From assembly GCA_017620015.1 (NCBI GenBank), contig JAFZRE010000001.1, forward strand, positions 35,968 to 99,967: DNA of 64,000 bases, given 5' to 3'. The notes under the pieces were generated by a model. That model saw only the letters and a list, made by a program, of their open reading frames with translations. It ran no database searches and was not told where the DNA came from. This DNA comes from Bacteroidales bacterium (GTDB lineage: Bacteria > Bacteroidota > Bacteroidia > Bacteroidales > ML635J-15). This document shows positions 53,437 to 63,725 of this stretch, piece after piece. The translations under genes were made by a program, and so were the position numbers. The stretch's first letter is position 1, and each line of letters opens with the position of its first letter.

Positions 53437-54618
53437 TTACAATCCCAACCTAATTCTGAAATCGCTCAAAATGTTCATGTAGTTGATAAATGCCTCGTAG
53501 GGCGAGCTATACGGATTGAAGTACTTGTGGACATCGCCGTCGGAGAACCACTTGGTACACATGTAGTAGAAGTGGTCGCTCGTCTGCAGGTAGAGCCAGT
53601 CGCGCCACAGTTCGGGGTCGTCAAGTTCCTTCACGCGTTCAAAAAGTTTATACAGGTTCTCGAAAGCCTCGTTCTGCAGTTCGTTTCCAAGCCATGCCGT
53701 AAGGTCGCGTTCCTCGTCGGCCCAAGAAATAGGATACGGAACATTAAGCACACCAACAGGATTGTGCTTTGCCACAACCTCGCTCGGAGTATGGAACTGG
53801 TAGTCGGAATACTTGAAAACCTTCTCTGGCAATGCTCGCATAAAATCGAAGATTCCTGTTTCCTTCCACTGGTGCTCGCCAAAGGTTTCGTAGTCCATGA
53901 AAAGGTTTACAACTTCCTCGTTCGGATCTATGGCATTGAGCCACGAAACATACTTTTCTGCTGTAAGCGGATATTCGTCCCATGCCTGATTCGAGAAGCG
54001 GAATGCAATGTCGTCTGACAACTTGAAGTTCTTGAGCAAAAGTTTCAACTTTGGATTTATCGCATTGCAGTACAGATAGTTCGGACTCTTCCAACCCATA
54101 ATGTGGCGTGCGCCTTCGGTAAGCATTCCCTCGTAGCCGAGTTTTGCCACCTTCTCGCCTATTTCATCAGAATATATGAGCTCGGTGTTGCGGAAAATCT
54201 TAGGCTGCAAGCCAAAAAGTTCCTTCACTTTCCTTTTATGACGATTAACCTGATAATCAAACACATCCTCGGGACGCAACGCCGACAACGAGTGCGAATA
54301 GGTTTCGTCGAGCAACTCTACCCTGCCCGTTGCGAAAAGTTTCTGGAAACTTTCGAGGACATCGGGAGCATACAACTCAAACTGGTCGATTACAGTACCC
54401 GAGAGCGAATATGCAATCTTGAAGTTGTCACCGTACTCGTTTACCAAGTCGAGCATCAACTGGTTGGCAGGCAAATAGCACTTTTCGGCCACCTTGCGCA
54501 TGATAGTGCGGTTCTCGTAGTCGTTGTAGTAGCTATGGTCGTTGCCAATGTCGAAGAACCTATATTTTTTCAACCTAAATGGCTGATGTACTTGAAAATA
54601 GAAACAAATTGAACGCAT
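53437..54618 (-). CDS. GH57 family glycoside hydrolase (alpha-amylase / branching-type)
   Basis: N-terminal ICFYFQVHQPFRLKKY, plus DYETFGEHQW, typical of GH57. Confidence 0.85.
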   Translation of the reverse strand: MRSICFYFQVHQPFRLKKYRFFDIGNDHSYYNDYENRTIMRKVAEKCYLPANQLMLDLVNEYGDNFKIAYSLSGTVIDQFELYAPDVLESFQKLFATGRVELLDETYSHSLSALRPEDVFDYQVNRHKRKVKELFGLQPKIFRNTELIYSDEIGEKVAKLGYEGMLTEGARHIMGWKSPNYLYCNAINPKLKLLLKNFKLSDDIAFRFSNQAWDEYPLTAEKYVSWLNAIDPNEEVVNLFMDYETFGEHQWKETGIFDFMRALPEKVFKYSDYQFHTPSEVVAKHNPVGVLNVPYPISWADEERDLTAWLGNELQNEAFENLYKLFERVKELDDPELWRDWLYLQTSDHFYYMCTKWFSDGDVHKYFNPYSSPYEAFINYMNILSDFRIRLGL

Positions 54619-54628
54619 ATCTTATTTT

Positions 54629-55909
54629 TTAATATCCACAAACACTTTTATAAACCTCGTTAACATAATAAGCCGAATTTTCCCATCTGAGATTTTCAAC
54701 TTCCTGCTTACCATATTTCTTAAACATCTGCGACAACGCATCGTAGTGCAACATTCCGTAAATGGAATCAGCCAGTTCGTCAACATCCCAGAAATCGACC
54801 TTGATGGCATGCTTAAGCACCTCTGCCACACCCGATTGCTTTGAAATAATTACCGGTACATCGGACATCATTGCCTCTAGCGGCGAAATTCCGAACGGCT
54901 CGCTTACCGACGGCATCACATACACATCGCTCATGCCAAACATTTCGTAAACCTCGTTGCCTTTAAGGAAACCTGCGAAATGAAACTTGGTAGCAATTCC
55001 GAGCTGAGCCACACGGCGCACCATCTTGTTGAGCATATCGCCACTGCCAGCCATCACGAAGCGCACATTGGGGTCGCGGTCGATGACCTTTTTTGCCGCT
55101 TCGATGAAATAGTCGGGACCTTTCTGGAAAGTAACACGGCCAAGGAAAGTGACAACCTTCTCGCGGAAGCCCTTGTGCAAGGTAAATTCGGGCAACGACA
55201 TCGGCTCCACCGAATTATGCACCGTCACAACCTTGTCGGGACTAATGCCGTAGCGGTTGATGACGATATTCCTTGTCAGATTGCTGACGGCAATAACCCT
55301 GTCGGCAGCCTCCATGCCTGCACGCTCGATGTCGTAAACATGCTGGTTGACATGTTCGCCGCTGCGGTCGAATTCGGTAGCGTGGATATGCACCACCAAG
55401 GGCTTTCCCGAAACCTTCTTTGCTGCAACACCGGCAAAATATGTCAGCCAGTCGTGCGCGTGAATGACATCAAAATCGTTATGTGCCGCTATGTGTCCGG
55501 CAATAAGCGCGTAACGCGAAACCTCATCGTACAGATTTGGACCGTAAGAACCGGAGAAGGTGTATTTGGTATTGAGGAAACTCTCGGAAATCTTAACCCC
55601 AGGAATGTTAGATTCGTACATCCTTGCAAAATCTTCGGGGTCCATGTAAGGCACAAGGCGCGAACCAACCTCGATGTAGCGGAAATTCTTCCACACCTTG
55701 GTTTCCTTGACATCCTTTTCGGTAATTACAGCATCGCTGGCATTGCGTATCGACACATAGTTCTGATCCTCGTCGCCGTAAGCCTTCGGGACAACAAATA
55801 TTATTTCGGTGCCGAAATGCGAAAGACCCTTGGTCAAGCCATAGCAGGCTGTTCCAAGACCACCCGTAATATGTGGGGGAAACTCCCAGCCGAACATCAA
55901 AACTTTCAT
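54629..55909 (-). CDS. glycogen-synthase-like glycosyltransferase (GT-B fold, GT4/GT5)
   Basis: MKVLMFGWEFPPHITGGLGTAC N-terminus and C-terminal EPFGISPLEAM motif, in a glycogen cluster context. Confidence 0.8.
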   Translation of the reverse strand: MKVLMFGWEFPPHITGGLGTACYGLTKGLSHFGTEIIFVVPKAYGDEDQNYVSIRNASDAVITEKDVKETKVWKNFRYIEVGSRLVPYMDPEDFARMYESNIPGVKISESFLNTKYTFSGSYGPNLYDEVSRYALIAGHIAAHNDFDVIHAHDWLTYFAGVAAKKVSGKPLVVHIHATEFDRSGEHVNQHVYDIERAGMEAADRVIAVSNLTRNIVINRYGISPDKVVTVHNSVEPMSLPEFTLHKGFREKVVTFLGRVTFQKGPDYFIEAAKKVIDRDPNVRFVMAGSGDMLNKMVRRVAQLGIATKFHFAGFLKGNEVYEMFGMSDVYVMPSVSEPFGISPLEAMMSDVPVIISKQSGVAEVLKHAIKVDFWDVDELADSIYGMLHYDALSQMFKKYGKQEVENLRWENSAYYVNEVYKSVCGY

Positions 55910-55948
55910 TGGCGTATATTTTTTACTTAATCAATTATATTCTTAATT

Positions 55949-56926
55949 CTAATTATTTTCAATTAACACTGGACGTACAGAAAAACCCCAAAAGCGATAT
56001 CGGTCGCTAACACAGCAACCATCCGCAGTAAAGTATAGTATCAACGCGTGGTACGGGAAATCAGTATATAGCGAACTTGACCAGTAACTACCGAAGGGAC
56101 CAGTGGCATATGGACTGCTACCATTGGAGTAACCCGCAGCGGGCATGAAAATAGAGTTACCGTTTGGTCCAGAGAACAAACCTCCATTTACTCCGTTCTG
56201 AATAGTCCAAGTTACCGTACAATTATTTATCAGTTCAACCATTTCATCATAGGTCGGCATTCGCCAGCCTGCACCCCAGTTGGCTATGGCTGCGTCATCT
56301 GAAGCTTCCAAAATTGTCAACGCATCAGTAAAGCCATCGTTGCCGCATTCTGCATTGTTGCAATATTTTGTGAGTTTGCCGTCATTACTATATGAGTAGG
56401 TGCTACTGCTGTATGTTTCCTTTGTTGTCGTTTCGCCCCAAGCATAATAGTTCCCATAACCTTCTGGTGTATCTGCTCCAACATTGCAAGTTGCCCATTT
56501 TGTTCCACTTGGCAAACCAAGGTCAACCCAGTCGTGTCCATTTAATGTACCTGTGGTAGGCGTTGGTGTAGGGTCTGGTCCAGGTGTCGGATTTGTGCCA
56601 TTGCTTGCCCACTGTGCATACAAAGTCATATCGGATACAGCAATAAATGTATGCCCGTCATCGTAGGAAATTCCATTACCATCTGGCACTGTATTCCAAC
56701 TAACGAAAACATAATTTTCTCTTGTGAACGCATTTTTCGTCAATGTAAATGTCTCTCCATACTTGACGGTTTGCGGCTCCATTGTTCCCGTTCCGCCATT
56801 TGCATCAAATGTTACGGTGAATGTTTCATTCTTTTTACACCCACACATTAACAATAACAATATACATGTTACAGCAAACGGGAAGATATATTTTCTAATA
56901 TTATTAGTCACATTCACCATTTTCAA
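55949..56926 (-). CDS. lipoprotein with a Listeria-Bacteroides (InlB B-type) repeat and a C-terminal DUF1566/FISUMP-like lectin-fold domain
   Basis: Lipobox LMCGC. FTVTFDANGGTGTMEPQTVKYGETFTLTKNAFTRENYVFVSWNT...MTLYAQW is a Listeria-Bacteroides repeat. The C-terminus reads GHDWVDLGLPSGTKWATCNVGA...WRMPTYDEMVELI...YWSSS...SVRPV. Confidence 0.7.
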   Translation of the reverse strand: MKMVNVTNNIRKYIFPFAVTCILLLLMCGCKKNETFTVTFDANGGTGTMEPQTVKYGETFTLTKNAFTRENYVFVSWNTVPDGNGISYDDGHTFIAVSDMTLYAQWASNGTNPTPGPDPTPTPTTGTLNGHDWVDLGLPSGTKWATCNVGADTPEGYGNYYAWGETTTKETYSSSTYSYSNDGKLTKYCNNAECGNDGFTDALTILEASDDAAIANWGAGWRMPTYDEMVELINNCTVTWTIQNGVNGGLFSGPNGNSIFMPAAGYSNGSSPYATGPFGSYWSSSLYTDFPYHALILYFTADGCCVSDRYRFWGFSVRPVLIENN

Positions 56927-56932
56927 TATTTT

Positions 56933-58876
56933 TTATTTGTCATACTTCTTTATCAGCGACAAAATTCTCAGCACCTCGGCAACGCTCCACGCCTGTGCTA
57001 TTGCACCACGCGGATTGTATGGCGGGTCACCATCATAAATTTCCGAAATGCTACCGATTCCTGCGATTGTCATATCTTCCTCGAAGCCGTATGCAATCTT
57101 CTTTACCAAAGGCAAAGCCTGCTTGTCGTAAACGCGGAGCAAACCCTCGCAGAAATGACCTAACAGCCACGGCCACACAGTTCCCTGATGGTAAGCCGAA
57201 TCGCGCTGTTCCTGATTGCCGAAGTAAACGCCCTTATATTCAAGCGAATCTGGTGACAAAGTACGCAACCCCTTAGGCGTAAGCAACATCGACTTTACCT
57301 TTTCCAATGCCGAAGCAGCCATATCGGTTGTAACCATTGTGTATGGCAACGAGCATGCGAAAATCTGATTCGGACGCACCGAAAAGTCGGCAGTCTCGTA
57401 TGTTGCAACATCGGCAAAATAGCCAAGGTCGGCATTCCAGAATGTCTGCAGGAACGAATTCTTTGTCCTTTCGGGAATATCTTTCCACCTTTCGATGAAT
57501 TCGGCATCGCCACAAGCAGATGCCAATTCCAGCGAGAACATTATCGCATTGTACCACAGAGCATTTATCTCAACGGCAAATCCCATTCGCGGAGTTACAG
57601 GCCGTCCGTTCACCACGGCATCCATCCAAGTGAGAGCCTTGCCCTGAGTTCCCTGCCATACAAGGCCGTTGTCGTGCATCTTTATGTTGAAACTTGTGCC
57701 GTTGCGATAAGCATCAAGCACCGCTTTCATCTTCTTGCCGTAAATCTGCCAAATCTGCCGTCTGTCGGGAAGCACATTGGAATATTCCTGCAATGCCCAG
57801 AAATACCACAGCGGTGCATCAACCGAATTGAGCGCGGCATCGTCGCCAGCACCGATATTCGGGAACAGACCGTTCTTCATTTCCGACGACATCGTGTCGA
57901 GCACTTCGCGGCAAGCCTTTGCATTGCCAGCGTGAAGTGTCAAACCAGGCAGCGAGATAAAAGTATCGCGTCCCCAGCGACCGAACCACGGATAACCAGC
58001 CACGATTTCGGTCTTGCCGTTGCGCTTGCAGATAAACTGCTGGGCAGCACTGCGCAGACATTCCTCGTAGTTGTTGCGTGGCGAACGCTTTGCAAGTTCG
58101 GTATTAAACTTACGCGATATGCTAGCAGGCGACATTTCGTTCAATGCAGCCGTAAAAATCACCGATTCGCCTTTCTTAATCGGCACTTCGAAATATCCTG
58201 GCACATACAAATCCTCGCGGTAGTCGTAGCCACGCTCCTGTTCCTCAATGTACTCGTTATTGTAGTACCAGTCGGGAACATGTACATACTCGCACTTCTT
58301 CGACAACTGCATATAGAGATACTTGTACGAATCGTACATTCTCAACTTAATGCCGTTTTCTACAGGAATATATTTCGTGTTGACGAAGAAATTCGCCTTG
58401 CTCAACTTATGCACATTGCGGAAAGCAAGGAAAGGCTGGAAACGCAGTTTTGTATCGGAATGAGCCTCAAGCAAAGTGTATTTCAGCATAATGCGGTCGT
58501 CGTCGCTAAGGATTCGTTCCATCTTCAGCAGCACACCGCCAACACGATATATGAAATACGGAATGGTTTCAATCTGGAAATCGCGCAAATACTTGTGTCC
58601 TTTGGGGTAATACACGCCATCGGGGTACTTGTGAACGCCAAAGTGGAATACCTCATCGTGCTGCACAACCGACAGGTCGAGCGACGAAATAAGCACATGG
58701 TTGTCGCCATCAATGTCTTCCATAGGACAGATGAACAAACCATGGTATTTTCTTGTGTTACAGTTTATTATCGTAGAACTTGCATACGCACCGCTTCGGC
58801 TGGTACGAATAAGTTCGCGTTTGAGCGAATACTCAAGATTCACCAGCTGGTTCTTGTCAAAACTAATATATCCCAT
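56933..58876 (-). CDS. glycogen debranching enzyme (amylo-alpha-1,6-glucosidase family)
   Basis: 647 aa. N-terminal TRKYHGL motif and a C-terminal (alpha/alpha)6 region with GYPWFGRWGRDTFISL and AYHQGTVWPWLLG. Confidence 0.85.
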   Translation of the reverse strand: MGYISFDKNQLVNLEYSLKRELIRTSRSGAYASSTIINCNTRKYHGLFICPMEDIDGDNHVLISSLDLSVVQHDEVFHFGVHKYPDGVYYPKGHKYLRDFQIETIPYFIYRVGGVLLKMERILSDDDRIMLKYTLLEAHSDTKLRFQPFLAFRNVHKLSKANFFVNTKYIPVENGIKLRMYDSYKYLYMQLSKKCEYVHVPDWYYNNEYIEEQERGYDYREDLYVPGYFEVPIKKGESVIFTAALNEMSPASISRKFNTELAKRSPRNNYEECLRSAAQQFICKRNGKTEIVAGYPWFGRWGRDTFISLPGLTLHAGNAKACREVLDTMSSEMKNGLFPNIGAGDDAALNSVDAPLWYFWALQEYSNVLPDRRQIWQIYGKKMKAVLDAYRNGTSFNIKMHDNGLVWQGTQGKALTWMDAVVNGRPVTPRMGFAVEINALWYNAIMFSLELASACGDAEFIERWKDIPERTKNSFLQTFWNADLGYFADVATYETADFSVRPNQIFACSLPYTMVTTDMAASALEKVKSMLLTPKGLRTLSPDSLEYKGVYFGNQEQRDSAYHQGTVWPWLLGHFCEGLLRVYDKQALPLVKKIAYGFEEDMTIAGIGSISEIYDGDPPYNPRGAIAQAWSVAEVLRILSLIKKYDK

Positions 58877-59037
58877 AAATCAAAAAGTTACCCAACAAAG
58901 ATAATAAAAAACTTTTTATATCTCACGAGTTTTTTTGTATTTTTTTACAAAAGAATAAAAGATGGCAAAATTGGCAATGCAACCAATGATTACACATAAA
59001 AATTTCTTAAAATTCCGCTTGCATAACATAAAGTTAT

Positions 59038-59045
59038 TACCTTTG
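59038..59045 (+). promoter_or_regulatory. -7 box TACCTTTG upstream of the BI-1/YccA gene
   Basis: Matches TAnnTTTG, 23 nt before ATG 59068. Confidence 0.5.
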
Positions 59046-59067
59046 CACTAATTAAAAAAACATAAAA

Positions 59068-59880
59068 ATGAATATCACAAGGACATCGAACCCGACACTG
59101 GGAAAAAACGCCTTCACAGACGAAGCGAACAGCCAGAGAATGGCTAACGCAACAGGCTCAACTTTCGGCCTAAACAACGCCGCAACCGAATCGGCAACAG
59201 CCGACGGAAAGGTAATGACTTTGAAAGGTGCAATAAACAAGACCATAATACTTTTTGCTATACTGCTGATTGCCGGCATCGCTTCTTGGAAAATGACTTG
59301 GTCGGGACAGATTTCTCCCCAGATATTACTTATTGGCGGAACAATAGGCGGATTGATATTTGCACTCATAACAAGTTTTGCAAAGAAAGCGGCACCCATT
59401 ACAGCACCTATTTACGCTGCATTCGAAGGTGTTGTTCTCGGTTCAATATCGTCGTTGTTCGAAGCTGCATACAGCGGAATCGTATTTCAGGCAGTATCGC
59501 TTACATTGCTTGTCTTCGGGCTTATGCTTTTCATGTACAAGACAGGCATACTCAAGGCTTCGGGAAAATTTATCAAAGGCGTATTCATCGCAACAGCCGC
59601 AATCGGCATTTTCTACCTTGTAAGTTTCATTGTCGGACTGTTCACCCCTGCATTTAACGAATTCCTTTTTGCCAACCCGCTAATCGGAATTGGAATCAGT
59701 ATCGTCATAGTTGTTGTTGCTGCCCTTAACCTTATTCTCGACTTCAGCACGATAGAAAACGGTGCCAATTCAGGTGCTCCCAAATATATGGAATGGTATG
59801 CCGGTTTCGGACTTATGGTTACATTGGTATGGCTCTACATCGAAATACTGAGACTGCTGTCGTACCTAAGAAGAGACTAA
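59068..59880 (+). CDS. Bax inhibitor-1/YccA family membrane protein
   Basis: N-terminal ...TSNPTLGKNAF and 7 TM helices. Confidence 0.75.
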   Translation: MNITRTSNPTLGKNAFTDEANSQRMANATGSTFGLNNAATESATADGKVMTLKGAINKTIILFAILLIAGIASWKMTWSGQISPQILLIGGTIGGLIFALITSFAKKAAPITAPIYAAFEGVVLGSISSLFEAAYSGIVFQAVSLTLLVFGLMLFMYKTGILKASGKFIKGVFIATAAIGIFYLVSFIVGLFTPAFNEFLFANPLIGIGISIVIVVVAALNLILDFSTIENGANSGAPKYMEWYAGFGLMVTLVWLYIEILRLLSYLRRD

Positions 59881-59925
59881 ATGTTTTTCATGATAAATGG
59901 CGGCTTGCATTTGCGAGCCGCTTTT

Positions 59926-60621
59926 TTATGCCTTAGCCAGCACGGCAATGCTCAAGCGCAAGCCTTCGACCGACAGCAAGACTGTTCCACACGATTCGGT
60001 AGTAGCCCCCGTAGTCACTACATCATCGACAAGAAGCACATGCTTTCCTTTTAGAATCTCACTATCAGTCAGCACGAATTTTCCCGACACATTCTGCCAG
60101 CGCTCGTCCTTGTTCATCTTGGTCTGCGTCTTTGTATCGGTATTCCTGACAAGCACACCCGTAAGCACTGGTATCTTAGTTACAGCCGAAATACCCGAAG
60201 CAATCCGTTCGCTCTGGTTGTAACCACGTTTTTTCTCGCGGTTTGGATGCAAAGGCACTGGAATTATATAGTCGATGTCGGAAAAATTTCCCGACGAAAG
60301 CATCTCGGCACCCAGTTCCTTCCCTAGTAACACACCTATTTCGGGTTTATGATGATACTTTAGCGAATGAAGCAATTTTCTGAAACGACTGCCTTTCTGG
60401 AAAGAAAACAAAGCCGTCGCTCGTTCTAGCCTTATGCGACCATCAAAGAGTTGCATTACTGGATTGTCAAGTTCCTTGCAGAAATGCGTACGCGGAAGTT
60501 CGAACAAACAATCAAAACACAGCACTTCCTCGCCACGCGACAAGGCTCGACCACAAGCTTCACAATTCTTCGGAAAAAGAAGAAACCAGAAATCGGACAA
60601 GTATTCCACAAACTTGCTCAT
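59926..60621 (-). CDS. ComF family protein (phosphoribosyltransferase domain)
   Basis: N-terminal CxxC...C zinc ribbon (CEACG...CFDC) and PRTase loop VLLVDDVVTTGATT. Start set at ATG 60621. Confidence 0.8.
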   Translation of the reverse strand: MSKFVEYLSDFWFLLFPKNCEACGRALSRGEEVLCFDCLFELPRTHFCKELDNPVMQLFDGRIRLERATALFSFQKGSRFRKLLHSLKYHHKPEIGVLLGKELGAEMLSSGNFSDIDYIIPVPLHPNREKKRGYNQSERIASGISAVTKIPVLTGVLVRNTDTKTQTKMNKDERWQNVSGKFVLTDSEILKGKHVLLVDDVVTTGATTESCGTVLLSVEGLRLSIAVLAKA

Positions 60622-60631
60622 ACTACACAAT

Positions 60632-61726
60632 TCACTTATTTGCCTCGTAATCCTTCACCAAAGCCTCGCAAAGCCATTTTGCCAAGGCCTGACGGTTGTT
60701 TGCATCAAGAAGACGCTTGCGATCACGCTCGTTGTTGATATTTCCAGCCTCCATAAATGCCGCCGGCGGAATCACGCGCTTTATAACTAACAGATTCCGT
60801 TCCTCAACCGTACCGAAATATCCTCTGTTTGGCTGGAACTTGGCATATTTCTGTCGAAAAACATTGTACATTCGCTCGGCAAGAGCCTTTCCTTTGCTGC
60901 TGCCGTGGCAATAATAGAAAAAGGCATCAACACGCTGACTGCTGCTTCGCGAATCGAGATGAATTTCCACGACACGCTGGTACTTGGCAGTCTTATTCTC
61001 ATAATAGAGTTTATTTACAGCATCGGCACGTTCCACAAGACGCTGAGTTTTGTCGCGACTGATTCCCAATCCGGGATAATAGTACTCATCATAGTCTATT
61101 TTCAGGATTTTTCCACTGCGAATGCCATCGTCGGGATCATCGATAATCATATACACCTTGCCAGACTGTTCCTCGATGCAACGTGCAAGCCTCAGGGTAA
61201 TGTCGTATGCATACTCGTCCTCCGAAATCATCACGCCATCGACATATGAAGTCGCGCCAGGGTCGGGACCGCCATGACCTGCAATGAGATAGAAAATCGC
61301 ACCTTTGAGTGCCGTTCCCTTAATCGTATCTGCAATGCGCAAATCCATTTTTGTCTGCGGCATTTTTCCCTGGGTTGGCGCAGGAATGCAAACAGGATCC
61401 GAATCAGAATCCGACATCGAATCGGGCTTTACGCACAATGCAGGAACGGTATCAATGACGACAATATGTTCGGGCTTTATGGTATCGTGCTTTTCGGGCA
61501 AAAGATAGGTTTCACCAAGAATTAATTGGTCTTCTAGCTGGATTTTGTCCTTGTTGATTTCCAAAAACTTATGATAGTAATCTTTTGCTTCGTAGCCGTT
61601 TTCGCGAAGAATCTTGTAGATTCCGTCGCCTTGCTTGGCAACAACCGTGCGCGCCGAATCGTTCTGCGCCGACAACGCCGAAGCAATGCAAAGGCATAAA
61701 AGCAGAAATATCAGTCTAATTCTCAT
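60632..61726 (-). CDS. N-acetylmuramoyl-L-alanine amidase (Amidase_3) with N-terminal LysM-like segment
   Basis: Signal peptide. AGHGGPDPGA and IHLDS motifs of Amidase_3. Start set at ATG 61726. Confidence 0.8.
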   Translation of the reverse strand: MRIRLIFLLLCLCIASALSAQNDSARTVVAKQGDGIYKILRENGYEAKDYYHKFLEINKDKIQLEDQLILGETYLLPEKHDTIKPEHIVVIDTVPALCVKPDSMSDSDSDPVCIPAPTQGKMPQTKMDLRIADTIKGTALKGAIFYLIAGHGGPDPGATSYVDGVMISEDEYAYDITLRLARCIEEQSGKVYMIIDDPDDGIRSGKILKIDYDEYYYPGLGISRDKTQRLVERADAVNKLYYENKTAKYQRVVEIHLDSRSSSQRVDAFFYYCHGSSKGKALAERMYNVFRQKYAKFQPNRGYFGTVEERNLLVIKRVIPPAAFMEAGNINNERDRKRLLDANNRQALAKWLCEALVKDYEANK

Positions 61727-61874
61727 CGACTGCAAAATTACAGACAGAGCGCTGCACTACCAACAAATAGCGCACAAAGATTTTAACGCGGAGTTGTTGA
61801 ACAAAGAATGGAAAATATGCCATCATCGCTCCGACATACGCAAAAAAGCATTATCTTGCGCAAAAATTCAACGC

Positions 61875-62795
61875 GTGGAAACTAAATACAACCTCATCAG
61901 CATAATGGGCGCAACGGCAGGCGGAAAAACTGGCGTTGCCGTACACCTTGCAAAAGAACTCGGCTCGGAAATCATCAGCGCCGACAGCCGTCAGGTTTAT
62001 CGCGGAATGGATATCGGAACCGGCAAAGACCTCGACGAATACACAATTGATGGGCAACTTATACCCTACCACCTCATCGACATACTTGATGCAGGCGAAA
62101 AATACAATGTCTTCGAGTACCAGAGCGACTTTTTCAAAGCTTACGATGACATACGCTCACGCGGAATGATTCCTATTTTGTGCGGAGGTACAGGACTTTA
62201 CATCGAATCGGTTCTAAAAAACTACAATCTTCCCAATGTTCCCGAAAACCAGAATCTACGAAAATCATTGGAGAACAAAACAATAGAAGAACTCGAAATT
62301 ATACTTCGCACATACAAGCCATTGAACAACAACAGCGACTACGACACCGCCAAGCGGGCAATCAGAGCAATCGAGATTGCAGAATACACAAAACGCAATC
62401 CTCTCAGCACGACTAGTAACCGAAACCTCAACTCGCTAAACATAGGCATTATCTTCGACCGCGAGCAACGCCGACAGCGCATAACTGCCAGACTAAAACA
62501 ACGCCTCGAAAACGGAATGGTCGAAGAAGTTGAACGGCTTGTCAATAATGGCATTTCGTACGAAAACCTTGAATATTACGGACTAGAATACAAATATCTA
62601 GCGTGGTACCTGCAAGGCAAAATAAGTTACGACGAAATGTTTGAGCAACTCAACACTTCCATCCATCGCTTCGCAAAACGCCAAATGACATGGTTCCGCA
62701 AGATGGAACGCGACGGCATCAAAATACACTGGCTCGACGGAAATATGAGTATGGAAGAAAAAGTTGGAAAAATATTGGATTTAATGAAAAACTAA
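61875..62795 (+). CDS. miaA: tRNA dimethylallyltransferase
   Basis: P-loop IMGATAGGKTG, then SADSRQVYRGMDIGTGK and ILCGGTGLY. A GTG at 61875 was chosen as the start so the strand preceding the P-loop is kept. The listed ORF start 61635 (TTG) overlaps the divergent amidase gene. Confidence 0.8.
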   Translation: METKYNLISIMGATAGGKTGVAVHLAKELGSEIISADSRQVYRGMDIGTGKDLDEYTIDGQLIPYHLIDILDAGEKYNVFEYQSDFFKAYDDIRSRGMIPILCGGTGLYIESVLKNYNLPNVPENQNLRKSLENKTIEELEIILRTYKPLNNNSDYDTAKRAIRAIEIAEYTKRNPLSTTSNRNLNSLNIGIIFDREQRRQRITARLKQRLENGMVEEVERLVNNGISYENLEYYGLEYKYLAWYLQGKISYDEMFEQLNTSIHRFAKRQMTWFRKMERDGIKIHWLDGNMSMEEKVGKILDLMKN

Positions 62796-62820
62796 AAAAA
62801 GCATCTGAAGAACAGATGCT
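62794..62820 (-). terminator. rho-independent terminator of ddpX (the hairpin is also placed to stop miaA)
   Basis: AGCATCTG-aagaa-CAGATGCT, with a T7 run on the minus strand. Confidence 0.8.
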
Positions 62821-62829
62821 TGTATAAGT

Positions 62830-63609
62830 TTATTCAATCACAAATGTAAAATATGTATTGGGGTACGGCTCGTTCTTCAGAACGAAATGCCACCACTCGG
62901 TACTAATGCCTCTGAAACCATGACGAACCATTGCATCGCGAAGAATCATACGGTTCTTATGCTGTTCGGGAGTTACACCAGCATAGTCTGGATGGCTTTC
63001 CTCACCTAACCAATCGAACGGAGAGCCCATGTCAACCTCCTTTTCTGTGTTCATGTCAAAAAGCGTAAGGTCGATTGTCGAACCACAGGTATGTCTGCTT
63101 TTCTTTGCAATGTAACCTTCCTCGAACAGACGAGGCTTATCAATGTCCGGATAGAAATAGCGTTTCATAAGCGTATCGGAAGCTTCTTGCGACCAACGTA
63201 CAAAATGGTCAACAGCACATTGAGGACGATATGCATCGAAAATCTTCAGGCGGTAGCCCATAGCCTTGACATCGTCGCTAACAGCCTTTAGACTGTCGGC
63301 AGCCTCCTTTGTAAGGTATGCTATCGGAGCATTATAACCGTCAACACGCACACCCATAAAATTAAAGGTGCTGAAATAGCGGATCTCAAGAATTGCATCT
63401 GGAACCACATCTGTAACGACTACAAAACCAGCCTTAGATGCTTCCGAAACGGTAGTGTCAGCAGTGTTTCCTGCATTGACATCTTCAACAACAGCTTCTT
63501 TTTCCTTATTTTCTTCTACTGCACTATTCTTCTCATTGTTCTTGCACGAAAACATTAATCCGCACAACATCAACAAAATAGAAACGCTAAAAAATGTTCT
63601 TGCTTTCAT
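62830..63609 (-). CDS. ddpX: D-alanyl-D-alanine dipeptidase (VanX/DdpX, peptidase M15D), lipoprotein
   Basis: Lipobox MFSC. SRHTCGSTIDLTL (SxHxxGxAxD class) and EWWHF motifs. Confidence 0.85.
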   Translation of the reverse strand: MKARTFFSVSILLMLCGLMFSCKNNEKNSAVEENKEKEAVVEDVNAGNTADTTVSEASKAGFVVVTDVVPDAILEIRYFSTFNFMGVRVDGYNAPIAYLTKEAADSLKAVSDDVKAMGYRLKIFDAYRPQCAVDHFVRWSQEASDTLMKRYFYPDIDKPRLFEEGYIAKKSRHTCGSTIDLTLFDMNTEKEVDMGSPFDWLGEESHPDYAGVTPEQHKNRMILRDAMVRHGFRGISTEWWHFVLKNEPYPNTYFTFVIE

Positions 63610-63725
63610 TATTTTACCTTTTAATTATACTTGCAAAAATAGTCATTAAGGAAATACTAACCAAAAAAGAAATTTACATAACACAAAAAATAATATCTTT
63701 GTCTTCTATTAAATTGTTTACACAA

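Noticed and set aside
55949-56100. Possible diversity-generating retroelement target. DUF1566/C-type-lectin-fold C-termini are known DGR variable-protein scaffolds, and the last approximately 40 residues of the 55949..56926 product are rich in Y/H/D/F/C/S/R, as AAY-derived codons would give.
   Set aside because: No reverse transcriptase gene, no template repeat similar to either C-terminus anywhere in the window, and no DNA similarity between the two DUF1566-like 3' ends (24712-24860 versus 55949-56100).
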